64,000 bases of DNA from Lytechinus pictus (lineage: Eukaryota): positions 34,844,001 through 34,908,000 of the forward strand of contig NC_087246.1 of NCBI RefSeq assembly GCF_037042905.1, read 5' to 3'. Positions 39,001 to 51,000 of the stretch are shown here, piece after piece. Made by a program: the position numbers and the translations under genes. How positions within the stretch are numbered: the first letter of the stretch is position 1; each line of letters opens with the position of its first letter. Below the pieces are notes generated by a model that worked only from the letters and a program-made list of their open reading frames with translations, made no database searches and was not told the DNA's origin.

Positions 39001-42000
39001 AACCGAGAATCCCTGAAACAAAATTAGGAATCAATTTGTGTGTGTTTTATTAATACACAGTATTTTCAGCCAAAATTTCAACTTATGACATTTTTTAAAA
39101 TGCAAGACAGTGGAATCATTTTCCTTTAAAATAGGAATAGTTGGCACTGGTAATTGTGATAACTTATACCCGTTTCAGTAGCTCGCTGGTCAAAACTAGC
39201 TCCGGGCAAAGTCTTAAAATTTTGAATTTATGAATGCCACGTGCTAAAATAGCCCATGCCAGCCCGGTGCTATTTTGACGCTGCTATTGCTGCTATTAGC
39301 AGCACCAGACCAGCGCCAGTCATTATGTGCCCGGGTACTTGAATGGGTGATCGTAAAAGTAGCGCCGCTCTGCTATGTAGTAGTTAGTGAATGCTTGCGG
39401 TGCAGAATTTTTAGTGCGAGACTGGTGCAGACCAAAGTTACTAAAAACGGTATCATTAGGTAAAAATTGCTTATAGGTCTACACCCCAGGTCCTCTATGA
39501 AACCATTACTTCCTGAAGTTGGTGATAAAAATAAATGGAAATATCACTAATTAAATACATGGTTGAAACTAAATACCAAAATGTATGTTTCTGTGAGTCA
39601 GTTTCCATGAACATTTCCGATTTTTCATGCATATTTGTCATGATTAAAAATGAGTGATACTTGCTGGTTTAATGAATATGAGTCACTTTGTTCAAGTCAA
39701 GTTGCTTTTTGCGAAATGCTGATGGTGGTGAAAATCTGCTACATGTACATACAATCTGTTCTGTAGCGTTGTTCTCCTTAACCACCACTATCAACAACAT
39801 CAATAATCAGTACATCAAAATTATCATCATCATCTGCATCGNNNNNNNNNNNNNNNNNNNNNNNNNNNNNNNNNNNNNNNNNNNNNNNNNNNNNNNNNNN
39901 NNNNNNNNNNNNNNNNNNNNNNNNNNNNNNNNNNNNNNNNNNNNNNNNNNNNNNNNNNNNNNNNNNNNNNNNNNNNNNNNNNNNNNNNNNNNNNNNNNNN
40001 NNNNNNNNNNNNNNNNNNNNNNNNNNNNNATCCCATACCTCTTCATCACTGGATGACTCTGATTCCGAGATGTATTCCTTGCTCTTGTAGTTTCCCCCGG
40101 ACCCGGCGCTTGATTTCTTGGGGCTAGGTGACGTCTTCTTTGATTTGGACTTGGACTTGTCCGAGCTTGACTTGCTCTTCTTGCCACTACTGGGGATACA
40201 TAACAGATAGTAATATCCCTTTTAAAATCTGTCATGTAAATAATCTGCATGATTATTCTTCAAAACACATGAATTCAAGTTGCACCTGTATTGTAATTTC
40301 ACTCATTCACATTTATCCTCAGAAATAGGTCGATCAGTGTACTCAACACCATGCTTCAATCACTAAGTTTCTTGTTCAAAGTGATTACAAACCCCATTTA
40401 AATACTACAGTTTTCCTAGAATCTCATTTGTAGTTATACTGATCAATCCTTGTAATTCAGTCCCTATTGGGGCCATAATATCAGGGTTCTACATAACTCT
40501 TTAGAAGCACTTGCCCTGTTGGGCTAGTAAATTTTTAAATAGTTGGAATATACTTGCCCAAAAATCTATTTCGATTGCCGAAAAAATCCTTGAAAACAAA
40601 GTTTTACCTCTTCAAAAGAAAATATTGTGGTTTTATAAACCATTGACCCTTTTTTTCTCTCTTTGACATGAACTGATGTACCTTGTTCTTGCATTTCTTT
40701 TTCCAAACGTGATTTTATCTTGCCCGCCATGACCAAATTTAGGGTCGATATATTCTATTGACCCTCATTTTGGTAGTTCTACTGTGAGAATTTTGCTTGC
40801 CCAATTCGGGCAAGTAGTTTTGATCTTTACTTCAAAACACTTGCCCAACTTTAACTTTTACTTGCCCCGGGCAATTGCTTATGTAGCACCCTGCATATGT
40901 ATGTATTATTTCACCATCTATCTAGAAATACATTCTAGTCAGAGGTGCACAAGGAATATGGAGAGAATACCATAGTTTGGATGATTGCCATATTGCCAAG
41001 AGTATTGTAGCACGAACAGATAGAATCTACAGTAGTAAGGCTTGTAATTAAGATGTTTCGTGGCTACTTGTATATTATCAGGGGATGTTTCACAAAGATT
41101 TTTAAGTTTGACTATAAGAATTCCCAATTGCTGAAAGTAATCTAGGCCCAAAATCAGGCAAACGTGTGAAGACTGGCATGTTTGATTTACAGGCATCCAA
41201 TATTTGGATTTTTTTATAAAATGCCTGTCCACAACAAACAGGGCCCAGTTGCACAAAAATGGGGACTTTGTCATCCAATGGGAACTCCTCTGTATGATAT
41301 TCATGACTCAGATTGTTACCATTGAAATTTACTGTAATAGTAGCTTTCATGCGACGGGGCCCGGGGAAGCATTTCATGAAAGAACTTGTTGGACGTTTTA
41401 TCTGACAAGTCCTGTTAAATCAAGACAGTTTCCATAGTAACAGTGCCCCTCAACCAATCAAAATCAAGGAAAATTTTCAGATCTGACAACTTGTTGGACA
41501 ACGGGGGAGCGTTTCATGAAAGGACTGGTCAGACGTGTGATCCGACAAGTAATGTTTTATCAGACAGTTACTATGGTAACAGTGACTCTCAGCCAATCGT
41601 TATCAAGGAAAGTTGTCAGACCCGACAACTTGTCGGACGAAATTGTTGATGAAACGCTCCCCCGCGGATTCTGATTGGCTGAGGGGCACTGCTACTATGG
41701 TATTTGTCGGATAAAACAGGATTTGTCGGACGAAATGTCTGACAAGTCCTTCATGAAACACACCCCAGAGGTTGAAGAAATGCTTGGATCGTGAATACAC
41801 TCGTAGGAACTCACCTTCCGGATTCCACTGCGGGTTCGTATCCCTCCTCGGCAGCTCTCTCCCGGTACTCTGCCATCGCCGCCTCGTACTCCTTCTTCTT
41901 CTCGGCAGCAATCTCATTCCACTTGGTCTTGTCCTCCAGCTTTTGCCACAGCTCTCCGGCTTTCTTGGTCAGCTCCACGACGCTGATGCCCGGGTACTTC

Positions 42001-45000
42001 TCCTTGAGCTCCTCTCGCGTCTCGTTGAGCCACAGCATGTACCCGGTGGCCGCCCTCTTGGGTTTGTTGGCATCCTTCTCCTTCTTCACCTTCTTCCTCG
42101 GCTTGTCCGACTGTGGTTTCAAAATATTTGAAAGTATCAACAATTGAGTAATGAATGGGTCTAAAATAGTGTCATATGCTCGAACGTTCAATCATCATCA
42201 GCGGTAATATCACAATACGTGTATATTGTTCCACATACCCTTTCGCAAAACAAAAGTCACACTTGGCGATCGCGCATTTGACATACGAGTTCTAAATCTA
42301 TGTCTTCAAATCGAAACAGAAGACCTATCTCTTTAGTTAAGAAATTTGCAGTGTACGTGGAAAATTAAGTAAAAAGATCTCAAAGAAAGCACATATAAAT
42401 ATATATTGGTATAAAATACATAATATACAATATATATTGGTATAACAGCTGCGCACTACAAATTTATGTTTATTATCATTTACCACATATGTAAACTTGC
42501 ATGAGCAGACCTTCTATATGGAAATCATGTGTTATATACCTCTTCTATGTCAAGTTTCTCCCTTGTTCCCAAAATATCATTTAATGAATTAAATTTTAAT
42601 TGTAAGGTGTTCTTTCACCTCTGATTTATTGTAAAACAATGCTCACATACTACTTTTCCTTTTGGTAAGGCTAACATGAAAAAATCAATCCACAAGATAA
42701 ACAAAATAGCCCCTTTTTCTTGTAATTTTATTTCTTTTTATTACGTACATATATTTGTGTGTTTTATGGGGGAGGGGGAAGGGGTAACGCTGGAAAAGTA
42801 ATTTTGCTAAAAATAGTCTTCCCCAAGGGTAACGGCTTACCGAGGTCTTTGTTCTCTTCTTTTGTTTTGCTTTCTGCTTCTCCCTTTCCTTCTCCTGCCT
42901 CTTCCGCTCTTTCCTCTCTTCACGTTCTTTCCTGTAGTCATCATCGTCCTCTTCCTCCTCTCCGCTGCCTGCCGTGTAGTCAGAATCGGATGAATCCGTC
43001 TCAATGTTACTGTCGTATCTGGACATTTGGAAGAGAAGATTAAAACATAAATTCCAGCTGTGGTGATGATCTCAAAATAAGTCCAAACAGAATCCAATAA
43101 AATGACCACCCAAAGTATTTGTAAGCATGAATAAAAATGAGGTGATGAATGAGTCTCGTTGAAAATGAATAATTTCTGAGAAATTAAGCATGACAATCGT
43201 GCCAGGTGACAGGTCATTTTCAAGCAATGAAATATGCATGTTCTAGCATTAATAATAATACACTTTCCATTTTCCCTCAAGAGCAGATCTGTGCTCTTTA
43301 CAATGCAATTGTACACCTTCAATTGATTTACAACTATGGAAAATATATTTACCCTTCCTTTACACTACAAAAAGCAAACCAGCAATTAATTGCATGACTT
43401 ATGATCGTTTATGTAAGAGATTGCTAGGATCCATGAATTGGAATCTAAATCAAATATATCAAAGTATTAGTCATATTTTTCTTTGATTTTAAAATTTTTG
43501 GACAGAATGTCACTCAGATTGTGACATTTAGGATGATAGAGAATTCAAATATACTTTTGACAATACACATAGAGGGCGCTCTAATACTTACTCTTCAGCT
43601 ACATCACTTGCACTTTCCAAAGGATTGAAATCTTCATCTGAAAATTGGAAAAAAAAATAAGTGAAGGCAAGAACCAAATAGAGCAACATGGCAATACTGA
43701 AGACGCACCAGCGTTGATTTCGCACTTGGTGATAGAAAAACATCTTCTGCATGGATTCACTTTGATAAATAGATTTTTCACCTTTTCACCTCAAGCTAAA
43801 TTCAAAATATTTTTTAGTTGTAATGTACAAAAACTCGATTTGAGATTTAAAAAAAGAGGAAAAATTACTGACTGTATCAAAAATTGCTGAGCGGGAATTG
43901 TGACCCATGGTTACTTTGTGAGCATTTTGTGGCACGCATAAAAAAAACTTAGTGAATCTATTACACGCACATTTTAAAAAGCACGAAAGCTTAAAAATGG
44001 CAATGCTAGGTTCTACTTTTCCTTACCTGATGAAGAGTCTGAATCGTTCTCGTCGATTTCTCCCTCTTCCCTCTCACGACCTTCGGCTTTCATCTGTTCC
44101 AGGTAGGCATCATGGGTATTATCATCGTCACTGTCTCCAATGTCATCGTAATTTACGGTATCCTGGTTGGTAAAAAAAATATGGAACACATCATCAAAAC
44201 GTTTAAATGATAAGCACACTTCTTACATCCGCAGAAAATATTTTTTTTTGTAAAGGTGCTACTTGGCGTTTACTGATTATTCAAATCACATTTTACACTG
44301 AGCCCAATATCAGTTTACAAGTGATTATCTTGGTTTATTGCCACTTGGTCTAATAGCACTTGGTATGATTTTTAGATGGGCTAACAGCATTTGGGCAAGA
44401 CTCACTTAGTCCACTTCTAAAATCTTAGGCCCAAGTCAGCCATTACAGAACATTGACTCAGGATTGAAATCTCGAGAGGAAGCCCACGAGATGTCCCGCT
44501 ACTTGCGTTTTCATTACGAACGATCTTGAGATTGTTCTAAGAAAGATTTTGCAGGATTAGAAAACACAAGATTCAAAGAAGCTCCAGGTGATCAAGATTG
44601 GTCTACTTAAGAAAGAGATTCCACTTACACCCTTCATTCCTCTGTTCTTCACTCTGAGCTTCTTACTTGACACATAGGTAAACAGCGGTGTGTAATCGTC
44701 CCTGCCAAATAAAAATAAAAAATCATTGAAGAGAAACTCTCCCAAAGGCTTTGCAAAGAGAATTGAAAATGACAAAACTTGCACTTGAAATCCAAATCGC
44801 ATGCAGTATTAAACACAACAAGCCATGGGGCAGATCATGCTGATGTGATGCCACTACTGTCTGATGGGATATCACATTCACCACATTTCAACTGAAAATT
44901 TTTACTGGGGTGGTGGCTTATATTTGTCCCATCCTTCAAATTTCAGCTAAACAAATTTACACATATTACCCTGGTACGTTAACTTTCTAAACTCCTTTTT

Positions 45001-48000
45001 CAAAGCTCACTATCCACTCTCACTTTTCAAATCTAACTACCCAAACTCTCTTGGCAAACCTAAAGTTCTAATCTAATCACCTTTTTCACACCTTACCATC
45101 CAAACTCACTTTCCAAACCCAATTATCCTACATAACTTTTTAAATGTAACTATCTAATCTCATGTTTCAAAAGTATCTATCCAAACTCACTTTCCAAGCC
45201 CAACTTCCCAATCTGATTTTTCAAACCAAACTATCCAAACTAATCTTTTCAAACATAACTATCCCTACTCACTTTTCAAACCAAACTAATTCACTTCAAA
45301 GTTATCTAAACTGACTTTGCAAACCTAACTTAAATAAAACTTTTCGAACCCAAACTCACTTTTCTATGCTGCTGAAGACAAACGTTGACTTGTTCCGCGT
45401 CTCGATTTCAAAGTCAAAATACCTCAAGCTCCCCGTTCCGGCAAAGTTCACGCTCTGGATCTCATCGAAGCGTATGTGCATTGGAGGCTTATGAACGTAC
45501 ATGAAACCCCTCTCAAGCGGATATAGGAAACCGCTGTTAGACTTATACGAGCAGCTGATGGCGTGGGCTCCCTTATGCCTGAAAATATAATACATCATAA
45601 ATAGGATTAATTATATATTTTTTAACTTGTTTTCAGAATGCATTTGATAAAAGTTCAACCAACTTTGTTTTTTCTTTTCTGTCCTCCAATCATATTTTCT
45701 CTGAATCTGTTTTTTAAATTTCTTTTTTCTTTATAAAGAAAAACACAATATACAATTTTCATTTACAGTTGTTTATTTGATGATGTTATAGGGCTATGTT
45801 TTATGAGCATAAACTTAACAGCCGTATACAGTGTACATAGGCTTATTTCATGACTTTTTTTAAATCCCATTTCTTTCTTTCTCAAATAATTACTGTTGGA
45901 AGAAAAAATTAAATCTATTTAAGTGTAATTCTTCATATCAATTGAGGGAATCTCAATCACACAAGATATGTTATCAAGAAGATCCTTCCACTTTATTAAA
46001 ACATCTCATTGAGCAGAAAAAAAAGAAGTTTTACAAGTTGTGTGTAACTTAGACACGGCTTTATGAAACATTGAGGAAGAAAACACAATCCTATTCAGCC
46101 TCAGTTGATTATTTCAACAAAGCAACGTTTTGCATCATGCATGTTAACACTTACCCCTTGAAGTTGCCAGGTACAGTGATTTTTCTTGCCACCAGACACT
46201 TCATGATTCGACTGACGATCTCAAACATGGGACCGCTCATCTCCTTCGTGAGCTTGCCTTCGTATTTCTGCTCTAGTTCATCCCTGAAAGTAAGCAAGAA
46301 TGATTACTCCTCAAGAGGTTCATCTGATTTGTTTGAATGACTGAAATGACTTTTCTTCTTTAAAAATGAAGAAAAACAGGTAAATCCTATTGCTGAAGAT
46401 TAATTTAGATAGACCGCTCTCATGGTTGGAGATGAGGTTGCAGCACTTGCAGATTGCAAGTTCAGGAGAATGGGTACCAGGTTGCTGATAAATTATATTG
46501 GCTCGTGTAACAGTAAGTGTCATGTTCAGACTCTTTTCAAAAATTTGAATTGAGACAGGGGATAACAAGTAAACATGTTATTCCCTATAGAAATTCTACA
46601 ATTTTATGAATGCTGACACGGGCCAATAAAACATATCAGCAATGTAAATTTCCATTCTCTAAAGAATGTCAATCTAGTGCCGCAAATTCATTTGCTGCCA
46701 ATCACAGCTGTTGATGTCTGAACAAGCTTTAAACGACATAGTCAATGAGAGTGTGAAAGTAATCATCACAACCATCATCGCTACAATAGTATTCATCACC
46801 ATCATCAACATCAGTATTACGATCACCATCATCTTCATTATCACCGTCACCANNNNNNNNNNNNNNNNNNNNNNNNNNNNNNNNNNNNNNNNNNNNNNNN
46901 NNNNNNNNNNNNNNNNNNNNNNNNNNNNNNNNNNNNNNNNNNNNNNNNNNNNNNNNNNNNNNNNNNNNNNNNNNNNNNNNNNNNNNNNNNNNNNNNNNNN
47001 NNNNNNNNNNNNNNNNNNNNNNNNNNNNNNNNNNNNNNNNNNNNNNNNNNNNNNNNNNNNNNNNNNNNNNNNNNNNNNNNNNNNNNNNNNNNNNNNNNNN
47101 NNNNNNNNNNNNNNNNNNNNNNNNNNNNNNNNNNNNNNNNNNNNNNNNNNNNNNNNNNNNNNNNNNNNNNNNNNNNNNNNNNNNNNNNNNNNNNNNNNNN
47201 NNNNNNNNNNNNNNNNNNNNNNNNNNNNNNNNNNNNNNNNNNACCATCATCCCCATCATCACAACCACCACGATCCTCGTCCTCAATACCATCATCACCA
47301 TTTCTCAACAAATATAAATATAGAGGTGACTTACTCTGTGAGATTGAGCTCCAGGGATAGTGTATCTTCCTTGTTAAAACTCAAGATGAGGAAATGGTAT
47401 CGGGTCTGACCTTGGACTATAGGGGGATCTAAACTCATCTACAGTGGAGAGAGAAAGGAAATGATGAAAACTCATACTTGAATGGACCTAAAGGCGACCA
47501 CACACCTTACGACTGGTCAGCGACCCGATTTCAGAATAAAATGTAGTAGAATTTGATGCTAATATTGAGACTTGGAATATCTTACTGTGTAATGTTCAAA
47601 ATCATCGTATGAATACCTATGATCAAATCTGTGACTATGCTATCATTCTTCTTAGAATAAAAGCGAATTTAATATCTAGTCGTAATGACGTCATAGCAGT
47701 CATACAATTGGCTACGATTTGAAACTAATTTGGCCTTTACTCCAAAATAAAGGCTTGCAATCTTTCAAAATGGTTATAATATTATTCTTTCAATTAATTG
47801 TAACCTCAAATAAAATTATATGTTCCATTCACATCTTCAGAAAATGAGCAAATGCGATTTGTTCCAAAATCGGATCGCGAACAGTCGTAAGGTGTGTGGT
47901 GGCCTTAAAACTTCAAAACATCTTTTCTCCTTGCTCTTTGAATCTTTCTCCGCATTTCTTATTGACTAATGACTTATATGATAAATAAAGTAGTTTCATA

Positions 48001-51000
48001 TGTTCTTGATCAATATTAACAATTTATATATCACGTTCAAGATCTGTTTGTTTTTATGTACAAATATCACAAAATATCCTTAAGCTCAATTACTGTTATT
48101 AATTGCATATGATCTGGGCAGTCACAAAGTACAAATCCTACAAATTTCTTGATTACAGAATTGTTGTGCATGATGACTATTAAAAGGGATGCAGCTATCA
48201 TTGGTTAGGGGACTAAATGCAGCACCTCAAAACATCCAAGACATCCCTCGGCATTTATGAGAGCCATTCTAAGGAAAATAGAATTCCTGATAATCGTGTC
48301 TAAACAATCTGTTGGCCCACAGCCCCAGACCCATGCAACAACCTCGATGGTATTCCATCAAAATAATAGGTTTCACACACACACTGCATCCATGCTTGCC
48401 GGCAAGGGACAAAGCTGATAAAAAAGTGCATTATGGATGTTAAAGGAGAATGAAACCATTGAAACCAGCTGAATCCATATCAAAGAGAAAAATCAAAGAA
48501 ACATAATGTTGAAAGTTTGAGGAAGATTGAATGAATAATAAGAAAGTTATGATCATTTGAATGTCGAGATCACTAATGCCATGTAGATCCTCCCATTGGC
48601 AATGCGACCAAGATCTGTGATGTCACACACGTACAACTCCCTCATTACTTTAGTACTTATTTCACTTATATTCTCACTTTTATAGAGTCTATCACAAGGT
48701 GAGGTGTTCTCTTTATGAGAGGACAAGTACAGATGTTTTACAACATTATATCATTGATGAATCGTTTGTCATATGATTAGAATGAGCAAAAAGAGATGTT
48801 TTGGGGTATATTTTCAGTGTCCAAAAGGGGAGAGTTGTTCATCTGTGACATCATAGATCTTGGTCGCATTGCCAATGGGAGGATCTCCATAGCATTAGTG
48901 ATCTCGACATTCAAATGCTCATAACTCTTCTATTGCTAGTCCTATTTTACTCAAACTTTTGTTGATCTTATTCTTTGATTTTTCTGCTTTCTTAAAAGCT
49001 AACTTGCTCCAAGAGTTTCATTCTCCTTTAATGTAACAGATGTCTCCATCCATGATATCCTCCAGTAAAAGTAACAATTTAGAACAGAATTGCAAAGCTA
49101 CATGTACATGCCAAAACATGGTTAGAACGATGAATTATGAAATTTTGAGAATGACCCTTCATCCTGATGGGGGGGGGGGGGATGAAAAAAAAAATAGAAC
49201 AATCCGCATTTCTATCTTTCTAAAAGATAGGATATATCTGCAGCGGCATAATAATTTAATTTTGCAACATAATTATTTCTTAGAAACCCACCTATATTAG
49301 TAAATGGAGGCATTTACAAATCTACCAAACTTACCACAAAGAACATTTGTCTGTTATCCTTGTGAGGGAGTAAGAAGAGTCTGAGAACCGTTGTGAAGGG
49401 TATCTTGTAATCAAAGGTCTTTCCGTGAAGCTGGAGGAATGTCGGGAAGATCTTGATGTCGTATCGACCTCTGCAAATTGGCAAGGGCAAAGACACAAAA
49501 TGCAATGCAATTGCAGATAAATGATCGGATGGAGTAAGAAAAAAATTCTACAACGGAACTGATGAACTGGATGATGACTATTTGCTACTTGACAAGATGG
49601 TTACAATATCATGATTAAGACAATTCAATAAAAGCCTGTTCTCTTTCTGGAACTGGTTTCCCTTAAACCAGTGTAGGACATCAGTTTAGAAGATGGCTTT
49701 GCTAGTGTCCTCATCACCATCTCCTGAACTGGTTTTCAGCACTTCATATAAAGCCATCTTGTTGCTACAGGAACGCTCTCAGTGGCGTCACATCTTTTGT
49801 GACGCACAGCGTAGGTATTCTACACACAGTGTGTGGAGCAGCGCGCCCAACATGTGTGAAGATCGCTCCCCAGAGAACGGTTGTGTCTTCACCTACGCTT
49901 AAAGCTGGTTTAACATGGCAAAGCAGTCTTGAAAACCAAATCGATATCTATGATTTTCCAAAAAGGTTTGAAAGACCACTTAAGATTTCTTCCAAGACGG
50001 CTTCTCACTACATGTTAAACTACTTTCCATTAAACTGGTAATTTTAGGATTGTAATGAGTACAGAATCGCATGTAGATTATCTCCTTATAAAGTTCAAAG
50101 GTTAAAGTTCATTACCTTGGTGTCAGACATGGGATCTCTTCTAATGAGCAAATAGCATCCCCTGTGGCTTGGATGATGTCTGCCTTAGCCATGACATTAT
50201 CCAGGAATGCCTGCATAGGGGAGACAATATCACATACAAAGAATCATTATCAATCAGTATATAACGAAGTAGATCAATTGAAGCCAAAAAATAATCACCC
50301 CTTTTATGAATATCATCTTCCTCCAACTTATTACACAAGGCATAAACATTAGCCATATTTGGCACAATATTATCGCATTAAAAGTCATATGACATCGCGA
50401 TGCTATACCCATTTATCACAAAGTCGGTATCAGAAATTGTGTATAACTTTTATCACAAACTCAGTTCAGGGGTTGGGTATGACTTTGTAAAAGTTATACA
50501 ATTTTGCAAAATTATCTACAAGTATGTACGTTTCGAAATGACTTAAAAAATCAAGGCCGACCATCATGCCACCCTTGTTCATTCATAATTTATAACAGCT
50601 AAATAATCTTGTAATCTTCAATTGTGTTGCTAGAGACTTTTTCAGATGGCAACTTATGTTGATTGGCAAGAGAGGAGGTTGCTCCACTAGAAGACCGACT
50701 GTCTAAGCATATAATCATGTATTTGCCGATTCAAAGAAATCATAAAAAATAGTTTGGACAGGCCATGATCCATGACATCAGCAAAGTGAATTTCCATTCT
50801 CTCAGAATTTCAATCTACTAGTAGTGCAACCTCATATTAGGCCAATCAGAGCAGCGCTCTCTGAAGGAGCCTAAAGTAACACAGTAGGTGGCAGCCTCAT
50901 GAGGTAATTCACATAAATCTCTTGTTGATTGTTTAAAGAAGAAACTTGACCTCTAACAGCAAGTGTATAATTAAGCATTCAACCTAGGGACAAATGGCTC

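Noticed and set aside
41772-42147. Plus-strand ORFs of 118-119 aa
   Set aside because: Antisense shadows of the GC-rich SSRP1 HMG exon.
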